From: an uncultured bacterium
GTDB taxonomy: Bacteria; Gemmatimonadota; Gemmatimonadetes; Longimicrobiales; Gaopeijiaceae
Assembly (NCBI GenBank): GCA_963934665.1
Contig: CAWVZF010000001.1
Coordinates: 1-59,566 of the forward strand
Reading direction: 5' to 3'
DNA: 59,566 bases
Shown here: one piece after another, positions 1 to 9,101 of the stretch
Layout of the letters: each line of letters opens with the position of its first letter
Numbering within the stretch: position 1 is the stretch's first letter
Position numbers and translations under genes: made by a program
Notes under the pieces: model-generated
Databases searched by the model: none
The model's input: the letters and a program-made list of their open reading frames with translations, nothing else
Told to the model about the DNA's origin: nothing

Positions 1-1949
1 TCGAAGCACGACCGGAGATCAGCGATACTGAGTACGACCGGCTATTCAAGCGTTTACTAGAGCTAGAAAAAGACCATCCCGAGCTTTGCTTACCTGATTC
101 GCCGACCCAGCGTGTTGGTGCTGAACCCCAAAGCAAGTTCAAAACAGTGGCTCACACAGCTCCAATGCTATCTCTCGATTCGACACAAGACGTCGATGAA
201 CTTCGCCGCTTTGACGATAGGATTCGTAAGGCACTCGGGGAGGGCCATGAGCCCACGTACGTCATCGAGCCAAAGTTGGACGGTGCCTCGATCGAACTCG
301 TATACGAGAACGGCGTGTTAATCCGAGCAGTTACAAGAGGGAATGGACGTGAGGGTGAGCAGGTCACTGATAACATCCGAACGATTTCGTCGGTTCCACT
401 CCGACTTCGTACTGAGGCTCGAGCTGTGCCCGATCTGCTTTCTGTGCGAGGTGAGGTGATCATGTACATCTCAGACTTTCGGGTCTTCAACGCTCGTTTG
501 GTTGAGGCTGGTGGCGAACCTTATGCATCTCCCAGGAACTCTGCCGCTGGGTCAGTACGCCAACTCGACTCGCGTGTCACCGCATCCCGGAAGCTGGATC
601 TCTTAGTCTATGATATTCTCGCAATAGAGGGTTCTGGGTTCAAAAGTGATGCGGACGGTATAGAAGCAATCCGGCATTGGGGGTTTAAGGTGCCTGATCG
701 CATACAAACGGGAAGAACGGTCGAAGACATTCTTGAATATCACGCTGGATTTGCTGCCGATCGTGAAGGTTTGGATTATGAGATTGATGGGATTGTAATC
801 AAGCTGGACGACCTTTCAGCTCGCTCGGCAATCGGTGTTACTTCACATCATCCTCGATGGGCGATGGCCTTCAAGTTTGAGCCACGGCAGGAGATCACTC
901 GGATCGACAAGATCGAGGTCAACGTTGGCCGTACGGGGGTGATTACGCCGGTTGCGGTGCTAGATCCTGTAGTGGTTGGTGGCGTTACTGTATCTCGAGC
1001 GTCTCTTCATAATAGAGAGGAGCTTCGCAGGAAAGATTTACGTGAAGGCGATACGGTACGCATCCAGCGAGCTGGGGACGTGATACCTCAGGTCGTAGAG
1101 GTGGTCGCACATGAGAAGGATCGAGCCCGCTCGTTTGAGATGCCGCCTGAGTGTCCTGTATGCGGTACGCCAGTGCAGGAAGACGGTCCGCGTATAAAGT
1201 GCCCCAATCGATTTGGATGTTCGGCTCAACTCCAAGGGCGCATCGTACACCTGGCGTCTAGGTCCGCCTTAGATATCGAAGGGCTTGGGGAAGAAACAGC
1301 CGCGTTACTTGTCGCCAAAGGATTGGTGCGCAGCCTTGCGGAGTTATTCGATATATCTTCTGAGCAGCTTCTAGAATACGAAGGCTTCGCTGAAAAATCT
1401 GCGGAGTCCTTAGTAGAAGCGATTCAATCAAAGAAGGCACCCGATCTCCCACAGTTTTTGATTGCACTGGGCATTCCAGAAGTAGGTACAGCTGTTGCGA
1501 GGGACCTCTCAGGCCATTTCGGTAGCATCGAAGCAATACTTGGAGCTACGGCAGAAGAGCTGGAGCAAATAGATGGCATAGGGCCGAAAATGAGCGAAGT
1601 GATAACGGTCTTCCTGGAGGATGAACGGAATAGGTCAGCGATAGATGCCATTCTCTCACGTGGTATTGAGCCAGTGGCGTCTGTGCCCGTAGCCAGAGGT
1701 TTGCCGTCTGCAGGTACGGCTGTGTTCACTGGTTCGCTTCCTATTCCACGGGCATCGGCTGAAGCTGCATGGCATGCAGTTGGTGGCCGCACCGCAAGCA
1801 GCGTTTCCGCAAAAACTGACTTTGTGGTTGTGGGGGAGAATGCGGGCTCAAAACAAGAAAAAGCGGAGCGGCTCCAATTAGTAATTCTCAACTTCGGTGA
1901 ATTTGTTGCGAAAGTAGTCTCAATGGGCGGTGAAGTTGACGTTCTATAA
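1..1949 (+). CDS. ligA: NAD+-dependent DNA ligase LigA (5' end cut by the window edge; frame open from nt 3)
   Basis: The frame upstream of the first Met reads ...EISDTEYDRLFKRLLELEKDHPEL..DSPTQRVG. It has the adenylation motif EPKLDGASIEL (KxDG) and the four-Cys Zn finger CPVCGTPVQEDGPRIKCPNRFGC. An HhH region and a BRCT-like C terminus (FVVVGENAGSKQEKAERL) follow. Confidence 0.95.
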   Translation, partial: EARPEISDTEYDRLFKRLLELEKDHPELCLPDSPTQRVGAEPQSKFKTVAHTAPMLSLDSTQDVDELRRFDDRIRKALGEGHEPTYVIEPKLDGASIELVYENGVLIRAVTRGNGREGEQVTDNIRTISSVPLRLRTEARAVPDLLSVRGEVIMYISDFRVFNARLVEAGGEPYASPRNSAAGSVRQLDSRVTASRKLDLLVYDILAIEGSGFKSDADGIEAIRHWGFKVPDRIQTGRTVEDILEYHAGFAADREGLDYEIDGIVIKLDDLSARSAIGVTSHHPRWAMAFKFEPRQEITRIDKIEVNVGRTGVITPVAVLDPVVVGGVTVSRASLHNREELRRKDLREGDTVRIQRAGDVIPQVVEVVAHEKDRARSFEMPPECPVCGTPVQEDGPRIKCPNRFGCSAQLQGRIVHLASRSALDIEGLGEETAALLVAKGLVRSLAELFDISSEQLLEYEGFAEKSAESLVEAIQSKKAPDLPQFLIALGIPEVGTAVARDLSGHFGSIEAILGATAEELEQIDGIGPKMSEVITVFLEDERNRSAIDAILSRGIEPVASVPVARGLPSAGTAVFTGSLPIPRASAEAAWHAVGGRTASSVSAKTDFVVVGENAGSKQEKAERLQLVILNFGEFVAKVVSMGGEVDVL

Positions 1950-2130
1950 AGGAGCTTATGCTCCAGTAGTAGACGAGGGACAACGACCCACCTCAGTTGC
2001 CTGAATCCACCGTTTTCCAGGGCTCTTACCCATTCTGCTCTGAGAAAACAGGGTTATCGTATTCAGAGCACCCAACTGCTATCAAGGCTATGGGTGAGGA
2101 TTCCGGGGAGCGACTAGGTAGGAGGGGAAC

Positions 2131-3093
2131 TTGTTGGGATTGATGCCGGATCTTGCTGTGCTGATTTTTGGAATAGTGGTGCTGTATTTCGGTGCAGAAT
2201 CGCTTGTCCGGGGATCTTCAAGATTGGCGAGTTCACTGGGTGTTAGCCCTATAGTAGTTGGCCTAACAGTTGTGTCCCTAGGGACGTCTGCCCCAGAGTT
2301 GGTCGTGTGTGTGGTAGCTGCGCTTCAGGGCAACCCTGGCTTGGCAATTGGGAACGTGATGGGTTCTAACCTAGCCAACATAGGTCTCATCTTGGGGCTC
2401 ACCTCACTGGTCCACCCTCTGGAAGTGAAGCACAGGGTCGTGTGGCGTGAGATGCCTATAATGCTGTTGATAACGTTCTCCATTTACCCGATTGCATTTG
2501 ATGGCGTATTGAGCTGGACAGATGGCCTCATGCTCCTTGTGGTATTGCTGGCTTATCTAGTCTGGGTTTTCCGGTCTGGCCACCGTGAGGAAATCAAGAG
2601 TTCTCCTGGTCCGAGTGACTCGATAGCGACCTCAGAAGGGGCGGTCTCGCTTCTGAATCCCAAGGATATTGGACAGGTTGCCCTAGGTTCCGCGTTCCTC
2701 GTGTTAGGTGGATACTGCATCGTTAAGGGTGCAGTAGAAGTCGCCTCCGCACTTGGCGTTTCAGAGGTCATAATTGGATTGACTGTAGTGGCTATTGGTA
2801 CATCTCTGCCCGAACTAGCTACATCGATGGTCGCTGCGATGCGTCAGGAGGTCGATATAGCCGTTGGAAACATCATTGGTTCAAACATCTTTAACCTGAC
2901 TGCGATATTGGGAACTACCGCGCTAGTTCGGCCGATCATGATCCCCGAAACAGTGCTTTCACGAGAACTCGCTGGAGTAGTTTTTATGTCCCTGCTTCTT
3001 TTGCCAATCCTGAGAAATGGATGGCAGATCAAGCAATGGGAAGGGGCATTGCTGCTAACGGCGTATATTGGGATGGGCTGGTGGCTTATATAG
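2131..3093 (+). CDS. Ca2+/Na+ (CaCA, YrbG-type) antiporter
   Basis: Polytopic membrane protein with the duplicated CaCA alpha-repeat signatures LGTSAPELVV and IGTSLPELAT. The start is ambiguous (TTG 2131/2134 or ATG 2143); AGGAGG lies at about 2121. Confidence 0.85.
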   Translation: MLGLMPDLAVLIFGIVVLYFGAESLVRGSSRLASSLGVSPIVVGLTVVSLGTSAPELVVCVVAALQGNPGLAIGNVMGSNLANIGLILGLTSLVHPLEVKHRVVWREMPIMLLITFSIYPIAFDGVLSWTDGLMLLVVLLAYLVWVFRSGHREEIKSSPGPSDSIATSEGAVSLLNPKDIGQVALGSAFLVLGGYCIVKGAVEVASALGVSEVIIGLTVVAIGTSLPELATSMVAAMRQEVDIAVGNIIGSNIFNLTAILGTTALVRPIMIPETVLSRELAGVVFMSLLLLPILRNGWQIKQWEGALLLTAYIGMGWWLI

Positions 3094-3126
3094 GCTGAGT
3101 TTAGGAGAGTTGAACTGGCGTGACCA

Positions 3127-3151
3127 CCTAGGGGTAGGCTCTTACCCTAGG
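3127..3151 (+). terminator. Possible intrinsic terminator hairpin after the antiporter gene
   Basis: CCTAGGG (3127-3133) pairs perfectly with CCCTAGG (3145-3151). It sits 34 nt after the stop and is followed by a pyrimidine/T-rich stretch (cttcttct). Confidence 0.35.
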
Positions 3152-3221
3152 GCTGGGTAGCTTCTTCTGGTGGGCAAAGCAGGTTCTCAGAGTAGATTGA
3201 TAATCCCAGGAGCTAGTCTGA

Positions 3222-4127
3222 ATGCTTCCGATCGATCTTTCCGGCAAGCGCGCCTTCATAGCGGGCGTTGCCGATGACAGAGGGTACGGGTGGGCAATCG
3301 TGCGGGCGCTCGCAGCTGCTGGTGCCTCAATATGCGTGGGCACATGGCCGCCGGCCCTCAGGATTTTTACTCGCAGTCTCAAGCGGGGAAAACTTGACAT
3401 GTCGCTTCCGGGTGGAGGAGAGATCGAGTTTGAGAAGATCTACCCTTTGGATGCGGCCTTCGACACAGCTGATGAAGTACCTGAGCATGTGAGGGAGGAC
3501 AAGCGCTATGTTGATCTGGAAGGCTACACGATTCAGGGTGTCGCGGATCAAGTCCAAGCTGACTTCGGAGAACGTTGTTTAGATATCGTTGTTCACTCGC
3601 TGGCAAATGGGCCTGAAGTCAAAAACCCTCTCATCGAAACAAGTCGCGCTGGATATCTCGCAGCAATTAGTTCGAGTGCCTACTCGATGGTGAGTATGGC
3701 GCAACGGCTTGGCCCACTTATGAACAGCGATGGCGCTCTAGTATCGATTTCCTATCTGGCTGCAGAGCGAGTTGTGCCAGGATATGGAGGGGGTATGAGT
3801 TCGGCGAAGGCCGCGCTGGAAAGTGATACACGCCTGCTTGCTTTTGAGGCGGGCCGTAAGTTTGGTGTCCGCGTGAACACCATCAGTGCGGGCCCACTTG
3901 CGAGTCGTGCTGCCAGCGCGATCGGAACGATCGATCGTTTGGTTGACTACTACCGAGACAACGCAGCATTGCCAGAGGTGAATACTGCGGACGACGTTGG
4001 ACATGCCGCTGCATTTCTTTGCTCTCCTCTCGCCGCGGGCATAACCGGTGAGACGCTCCACGTCGATAAGGGGTACCATGCAATGGGGATGCCTGCTCAA
4101 GCGCTGCTCAAAGACGAGGTCGAGTGA
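3222..4127 (+). CDS. fabI: Enoyl-ACP reductase, plant/chlamydia-type FabI
   Basis: The N terminus [36 protein letters not shown] and the active-site block [24 protein letters not shown] closely follow the plant/Chlamydia ENR pattern as I recall it. Confidence 0.9.
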   Translation: MLPIDLSGKRAFIAGVADDRGYGWAIVRALAAAGASICVGTWPPALRIFTRSLKRGKLDMSLPGGGEIEFEKIYPLDAAFDTADEVPEHVREDKRYVDLEGYTIQGVADQVQADFGERCLDIVVHSLANGPEVKNPLIETSRAGYLAAISSSAYSMVSMAQRLGPLMNSDGALVSISYLAAERVVPGYGGGMSSAKAALESDTRLLAFEAGRKFGVRVNTISAGPLASRAASAIGTIDRLVDYYRDNAALPEVNTADDVGHAAAFLCSPLAAGITGETLHVDKGYHAMGMPAQALLKDEVE

Positions 4128-5482
4128 CGGCAGCTGAGCATCTTTTTGGATCTCTGCTACCTGACATTGTTACGAGTCCTCCAGGCGGGGTTTCCCGCCG
4201 TCTAGCGAAGCGCCTTAGGGAGGTTGAGTCCCACAATATCACCTATGTCGACTCTGATTGGCCGATCTTTTGGAAAGAAGCGAATGGGTCGAATGTCCGT
4301 GATGTTGATGACAACATATATATCGACCTGAGCGGGGCATTCGGTGTTGCTCTCATTGGACATGCACACCCAGAGGTTGTTCATGCTCTCCAGGCCCAAG
4401 GAGAAGAGCTGATACATGGGATGGGTGATATTCACCCACCTGTTAGAAAGGTTGAATTGATTGAGCGTTTATGTGGGATCGTACCCTGGGTTGATGCACA
4501 GGCAATACTGACAACGACTGGATCAGAGGCTGTTGAGGTGGCGCTCAAGACGGCCCGGATCGCTACCGGTAAACCAGGTATTGTTGCGTTTAACGGAGGA
4601 TATCATGGTCTTACTATGGGCGCACTCGCGGTCACAGACCGGGCCCACTTCCGTTCATACTTTGAGGATCAACTGTATAAGGGAGTGAGCTTTGTCCCCT
4701 TCCCTGAATGTAATGATGCCTCACGGGTGACTTCGGATGAAGCTCTCGGATTTCTTCGAGCAGCCTTTCAGCAGGGGGCACCTAATGGGGATCCGATCGG
4801 TGCTGTGATCGTGGAGCCTGTGCAGGGCAGGGCAGGAGTAAGAATTCCTCCTGATGGTTTTATGGCCGCTCTATCAGATTTGGCGATGGAGGAGGGGGTA
4901 ATGGTTATCGCTGATGAGATCTTCACCGGACTTGGACGTTGTGGGTCAATGTTAGCATCTGAGCGATTAGGACTTCGTCCAGATATCGTGTGTCTAGGTA
5001 AGGTCCTCGGTGGTGGATTACCGCTTTCAGTGTGCCTCAGTTCACGCTCAGTGCTGTCTTCTTGGCCAGAAAATGATGGAGAAGCAATTCATACCAACAC
5101 ATTTATGGGACATCCTCCATCGTGTGCCACTGCATTAGCTGTGCTTGATATCGTTGAGCACTTGGGTGTTCCGGAACGTGCAAAGGTCCTTGGATCACGA
5201 CTACTTAGTGAATTGCAAGATTCGCTTAGGGATGCTGAAAGGGTTTTAGAGGTGCGTGGATGTGGTCTCATGATCGGGATCGAGTTCGTTACAGCTGACG
5301 GAACGCCATGGAAAGGGGGTGCTGCACAGGTAGCGCAATCTGCTCTTGGTCAAGGCTTGATTCTTCTGCCTGCCGGGGAACATAGCCATGTGGTGGAGCT
5401 TACTCCTTCTGCATTTTTGTCTGAGGATCAAGTAGTCCATTCATTGGCTCTGTTATCGTCCATTATCCAGAAGATGCATTGA
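4124..5482 (+). CDS. Class-III (ornithine/GABA/acetylornithine-type) PLP aminotransferase
   Basis: GTG start overlaps the fabI stop (GTGA). Motifs present: [25 protein letters not shown], and the PLP-lysine context [11 protein letters not shown]. Confidence 0.85.
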   Translation: MTAAEHLFGSLLPDIVTSPPGGVSRRLAKRLREVESHNITYVDSDWPIFWKEANGSNVRDVDDNIYIDLSGAFGVALIGHAHPEVVHALQAQGEELIHGMGDIHPPVRKVELIERLCGIVPWVDAQAILTTTGSEAVEVALKTARIATGKPGIVAFNGGYHGLTMGALAVTDRAHFRSYFEDQLYKGVSFVPFPECNDASRVTSDEALGFLRAAFQQGAPNGDPIGAVIVEPVQGRAGVRIPPDGFMAALSDLAMEEGVMVIADEIFTGLGRCGSMLASERLGLRPDIVCLGKVLGGGLPLSVCLSSRSVLSSWPENDGEAIHTNTFMGHPPSCATALAVLDIVEHLGVPERAKVLGSRLLSELQDSLRDAERVLEVRGCGLMIGIEFVTADGTPWKGGAAQVAQSALGQGLILLPAGEHSHVVELTPSAFLSEDQVVHSLALLSSIIQKMH

Positions 5483-5502
5483 AAACATCTAGCCCGTCTG
5501 GT

Positions 5503-6183
5503 ATGTGGTCCGGCGTTTTTTTTGATCTTGATGGTACGTTGGCTGACACGGTTGAATTGATCCTTAAGTGCTTCCGCTTCACTACGAAAAAACATTTCGG
5601 CCAACCAATTCCCGATGCGGATGTCGTGGCCACCCTTGGGATACCACTTCCGGTGCAGATGAGGGGCTTTGCTCGCAATGCAGAGGAAGCGGAGTTGATG
5701 CGACAAACCTACATCGCCTATCAGGACATCGTGCATGATGAAATGGTCCACTCGTTTCCAGGGGCATCTTCGGTTTTGGGGGCGCTGCGAAGACATGGAA
5801 CAAAGATTGCGGTTGTCACAAGTAAGCGTACGGGTATCGCAAAGAGAACTCTCGAATGCTGCGGTTTATGGGAAGCAGTAGATCTAGTCGTTTGTGCAAA
5901 TCAGGTACAGCACCCGAAGCCGCACCCTGAATCAGTCAATCTGGCTCTTAGTAAACTCGGACTCGAACCAGACGGCGTTGTGTTTGTCGGAGATTCACCC
6001 TTCGATATCCAAGCTGGGAAGGGGGCGGGGACACGAACAGCTGCAGCACTATGGGGCCCGTTTAATCTTGAAGAACTCCTAGCAGAGAAGCCTGACTTCG
6101 TTTTGGATACTCTTGGGGACGTGCTAGAGATTAATTCGGACGAAATGGCTAGAGGGACAAGCCTTCCTCTTATGCGCCCTTAA
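5503..6183 (+). CDS. HAD-superfamily phosphatase (Gph/PpaX-like)
   Basis: Motif I is FFDLDGTLADT, motif II is VVTSKRT, and motif III/IV is VGDSPFDIQAGKGAG. An alternative TTG start at 5479 would overlap the upstream stop. Confidence 0.85.
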   Translation: MWSGVFFDLDGTLADTVELILKCFRFTTKKHFGQPIPDADVVATLGIPLPVQMRGFARNAEEAELMRQTYIAYQDIVHDEMVHSFPGASSVLGALRRHGTKIAVVTSKRTGIAKRTLECCGLWEAVDLVVCANQVQHPKPHPESVNLALSKLGLEPDGVVFVGDSPFDIQAGKGAGTRTAAALWGPFNLEELLAEKPDFVLDTLGDVLEINSDEMARGTSLPLMRP

Positions 6184-6470
6184 TTAGATGAAGTCGAGAA
6201 ATCTATTTGCTCAGCGAGCGCTAGGTCTTTTTCAGTGATTCCGCCTGCGTCATGTGTGGAAAGTGTGATTGTGACGTTGTCGTATCGGATATCGATATCA
6301 GGATGATGATCGTGGGTGTCTGCCAAAGTCGCGACCCGGTTCACAAAGACAATTGTGTCCCTGAAGGAACTAAAACGGAAACTTTTAATTATTTGGTTCG
6401 AGCGGCGCTTCCATCCTTTGTGGCTATCGAGCCATGTCCGAATGGATTCTGTGTTGAGCTTACTAGCCAT
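6180..6470 (-). CDS. Pterin-4a-carbinolamine dehydratase (PCD/COG2154)
   Basis: Signature HDHHPDIDIRYDNVTITLSTHDAGGIT in a 96-aa protein. Its stop codon overlaps the convergent HAD stop by 2 nt. Confidence 0.85.
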   Translation of the reverse strand: MASKLNTESIRTWLDSHKGWKRRSNQIIKSFRFSSFRDTIVFVNRVATLADTHDHHPDIDIRYDNVTITLSTHDAGGITEKDLALAEQIDFSTSSN

Positions 6471-6604
6471 TTCTGTCCTATGAGTCAGACCAAATGATTG
6501 TCGTGTAATGAGTTAGAACTCGTATGCGAGTTTACTCAGGATTAAGTGAAAAGTACACTCATTCCACTTAATAGGACGCTCATCAGAGCCGAGTTGTTGA
6601 GGGG

Positions 6605-6634
6605 TTGACGTTGTCTGATAGGCCTCTGTAAGAT
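6605..6634 (+). promoter_or_regulatory. Candidate sigma70-type promoter for the tRNA pair
   Basis: TTGACG (6605-6610), an 18-nt spacer, then TAAGAT (6629-6634). It ends about 33 nt upstream of tRNA-Glu. Confidence 0.35.
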
Positions 6635-6666
6635 CTTGGCCCTCTCGAAACTGGGAGGATCGCAGC

Positions 6667-6739
6667 GCCCCCATCGTCTAGTGGCCTAGGATATCGCCCT
6701 CTCACGGCGAAGACCGGGGTTCGAGTCCCCGTGGGGGTA
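6667..6739 (+). tRNA. tRNA-Glu (anticodon CUC)
   Basis: Hand-folded cloverleaf. Acceptor GCCCCCA/TGGGGGT, D arm GTCT..GGAT, anticodon stem TCGCC/GGCGA with loop CTCTCAC, T arm CGGGG-TTCGAGT-CCCCG. Close to E. coli tRNA-Glu. No encoded CCA. Confidence 0.9.
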
Positions 6740-6741
6740 TT

Positions 6742-6814
6742 GGTCGCTTAGCTCAGCTGGTAGAGCGCTACGTTCACATCGTAGATGTCGCAGGTTCGAG
6801 TCCTGCAGCGACCA
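6742..6814 (+). tRNA. tRNA-Val (anticodon CAC)
   Basis: Acceptor GGTCGCT/AGCGACC, D arm GCTC-AGCTGGTA-GAGC, anticodon stem CTACG/CGTAG with loop TTCACAT, T arm GCAGG-TTCGAGT-CCTGC. It starts 2 nt after tRNA-Glu. Confidence 0.9.
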
Positions 6815-6840
6815 TCGATCCAATAGCCTGTGGTAGGCGC

Positions 6841-8934
6841 TTAGACTGTCGAGAGTTTCCGCGCACCGATCTGCTTGAACGCCTGTCCTGGTGTCCAACT
6901 GGTCACATACCCTACTACTGCACTCGCGGCAACTGAATAAGGTGAACCGAGGTAGAGATTCCCCGGCCCTGAACGTCCCGGAAAATTCCGGTTTTGAGAT
7001 GACATCGATACTTCATCAGGTGAGCTTGTGACTCCCGGACCGGCGGCGATACATGCACCACATCCCGGTTCAATGAATGTCGCTCCCATGCGCTCAAACA
7101 GTGTCATATAGCCTTTTTCATGACAGTACTCTCGAACCTCTGTCGAGCCGCACTGGATGTATGCATTTACGTCCGCGTGGATCTTCAGTCCTTGTGAATC
7201 AGCTTCACTGAGGACGCGAGCATACATATCCATGTCCTCCTTTTTCCCAGCAGTACAGGATCCGGCGTACGCTATATCGATACGGATGGGTTCTTCTCCA
7301 AGTTCATCGATATAGACCCCGTTGCCTGGGTCATTGGGTAGGGCTGCCATAGGGCGGATCGTTGAGGCATCGATCTCTATAGTTTTCACATACTCCGCCG
7401 CAGGATCACTTTGCATGCCCTGAGTGAGCTGTTGGGCATGAGTTCGATCCATGCCACGCTCATCAACCATGAATTGGACCGATTTGTCATCTGCTGCGAT
7501 GATACCAGTGAATGCCCCGACTTCCGCAGCCATGTTGGTCATAGTCGCGCGTTCATCAATACCAAGTGCCTCCACAGCAGGGCCCGCATACTCGATAATC
7601 TGCCCAATTGCGTGTCCATCTCGTATGTATGGGTGTCTCAGAATTTCAAGCATATAGTCTTTTGCGGTAACATTTGGTGCCGGGGTTCCTCTTATCTCAA
7701 CTTTGAAGGATGGAGGTACGCTCATGCGTACATCCTTTGTCAGCCAAGAGTTGAAAATTGCCGTCGTACCGACACCGAAAGCGAGTGAACCAATGGCTCC
7801 CGCGTGTGGTGTATGAGAGTCAGTGCCCACTATGAGCATACCTGGCTCTGCGTACTCCTCGAGGATTTTGGAGTGACAGATAGCCTGGGAACCGAGTCGG
7901 TGCCCCATCTGTTCGCCATATAACTTAACGCCCTGTTTTTCGCTGAACTCACGCTGTTTCACCTCGAGTTCATTTGCCGCTTCAAGCAGACCGTCTTCAA
8001 TCCGCTCTTGGCTCATCACTTGGGACAGAAAGGTTAAATGATCTCGAAAAAAGAGCATGGAAGACGGATCGACGACCTTGGCATCCTTTCCAACTTTATT
8101 TTCAAAGAAAATCGAAGCCATCGGAGTCACGTATTCGTGGCTAAACCGGATGTCCGTGTGAAAGAAACCGCTGTCTCCAGGCTCAACCCATGGAACACCT
8201 ATTTCACCTTTTTCGGCATCAGTAACCAGATGCGAAGCGAAAATTTTTTCGGCAACAGTCATCGGGCGAGTTGATGCAGCTTGCTCCTGTGCGCACGCAG
8301 CCAACGGGATGGTCACATTGCCTTGGAGCCGTGCGACATTGAACTCAAAGAGTCCGCCGTACTCAATGATTTGGCGGGTAATATCGTCCTTGCCCTTAGT
8401 GAATTCCGTGAGCGGGATTTCCTCACCAGCTACGATCCTCTTAATAACCCCAAAGTCAGTCGACGTTAAAAGTCCTAGATTCTGACAGTTTTCGTCGTAA
8501 ATGCGCTCAATGCTCTCAGCTATAATGACCTTGATGCCTGCGTGGAGTTCAGCGTAGGGACTTGCCTCACGACTACTTCCTTTGCCGCGTCTCTTGCCGG
8601 CAACAGAGCAGACAAACCCTCCATTGCGCACAGCATTACGCTCTACAGGGTACTCTGTGTCATTGGTGGCTTGATTTGTGGTGCGCAGACCCAAATACGG
8701 GAAATCCCCAAGCGTTTCGTCATAGAAGAAACAGATATACGCTGGTGTGATCTCGTCTGTAGAGATTTGGTCGCGTAGTGCACTTATATAGTCGTGCGGG
8801 TGTTGAATATCGATGCCTTCGTACAATTGCCCTCTTACGAGTTCGGCATCATCCAACAGATAGAGAATACGGCCTTCAAACTTGAGGGTCGCGGGTCGTT
8901 TCTCGATATGTCTATTCAGGAGGTCTGCGATCAT
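6841..8934 (-). CDS. Aconitase-family Fe-S hydro-lyase with an N-terminal swivel (LeuD-like) domain fused before a LeuC-like catalytic domain
   Basis: The N-terminal ~200 aa carry the GKGSSREASPYAE swivel-domain motif. The catalytic part has GTDSHTPHAGA, AGSCTAGKKEDM and EPGCGACIAAGPG, which are the three cluster-Cys contexts. Confidence 0.8.
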   Translation of the reverse strand: MIADLLNRHIEKRPATLKFEGRILYLLDDAELVRGQLYEGIDIQHPHDYISALRDQISTDEITPAYICFFYDETLGDFPYLGLRTTNQATNDTEYPVERNAVRNGGFVCSVAGKRRGKGSSREASPYAELHAGIKVIIAESIERIYDENCQNLGLLTSTDFGVIKRIVAGEEIPLTEFTKGKDDITRQIIEYGGLFEFNVARLQGNVTIPLAACAQEQAASTRPMTVAEKIFASHLVTDAEKGEIGVPWVEPGDSGFFHTDIRFSHEYVTPMASIFFENKVGKDAKVVDPSSMLFFRDHLTFLSQVMSQERIEDGLLEAANELEVKQREFSEKQGVKLYGEQMGHRLGSQAICHSKILEEYAEPGMLIVGTDSHTPHAGAIGSLAFGVGTTAIFNSWLTKDVRMSVPPSFKVEIRGTPAPNVTAKDYMLEILRHPYIRDGHAIGQIIEYAGPAVEALGIDERATMTNMAAEVGAFTGIIAADDKSVQFMVDERGMDRTHAQQLTQGMQSDPAAEYVKTIEIDASTIRPMAALPNDPGNGVYIDELGEEPIRIDIAYAGSCTAGKKEDMDMYARVLSEADSQGLKIHADVNAYIQCGSTEVREYCHEKGYMTLFERMGATFIEPGCGACIAAGPGVTSSPDEVSMSSQNRNFPGRSGPGNLYLGSPYSVAASAVVGYVTSWTPGQAFKQIGARKLSTV

Positions 8935-9101
8935 TTGCCTGTCTTAGCCGGAGCTCTGGATACGCTGGCCTAAGCTAAAATGTGCCCTCGCTACGGATAG
9001 CCGCAAAGGGACCGATATCCAATCGTCCGACTGAACCAGAGATCTGTAGCTGAGAGGCTTACCTGTTGTTGCTCGTTCTTGCTTAGACCATTAGCTCGGC
9101 A

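Noticed and set aside
1950-2130. Possible metal or Na+ riboswitch upstream of the CaCA antiporter.
   Set aside because: It contains only a 5-bp hairpin (GGAGC/GCTCC) just after the ligA stop. I could not recognise yybP-ykoY-like or other conserved cores.
3128-3400. 90-aa minus-strand ORF spanning the antiporter-fabI spacer.
   Set aside because: It overlaps the fabI start region antisense and has a low-complexity Ala/Arg/Pro-rich translation.
6667-6840. tRNA-linked genomic island or integration site.
   Set aside because: No integrase, no direct repeat of a tRNA 3' end that I could spot, and the flanking genes are ordinary metabolic genes of matching composition.
6686-6898. 70-aa minus-strand ORF.
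   Set aside because: It lies antisense across both tRNA genes and the short spacer. Its sequence is explained by tRNA structure, and it has no start context.
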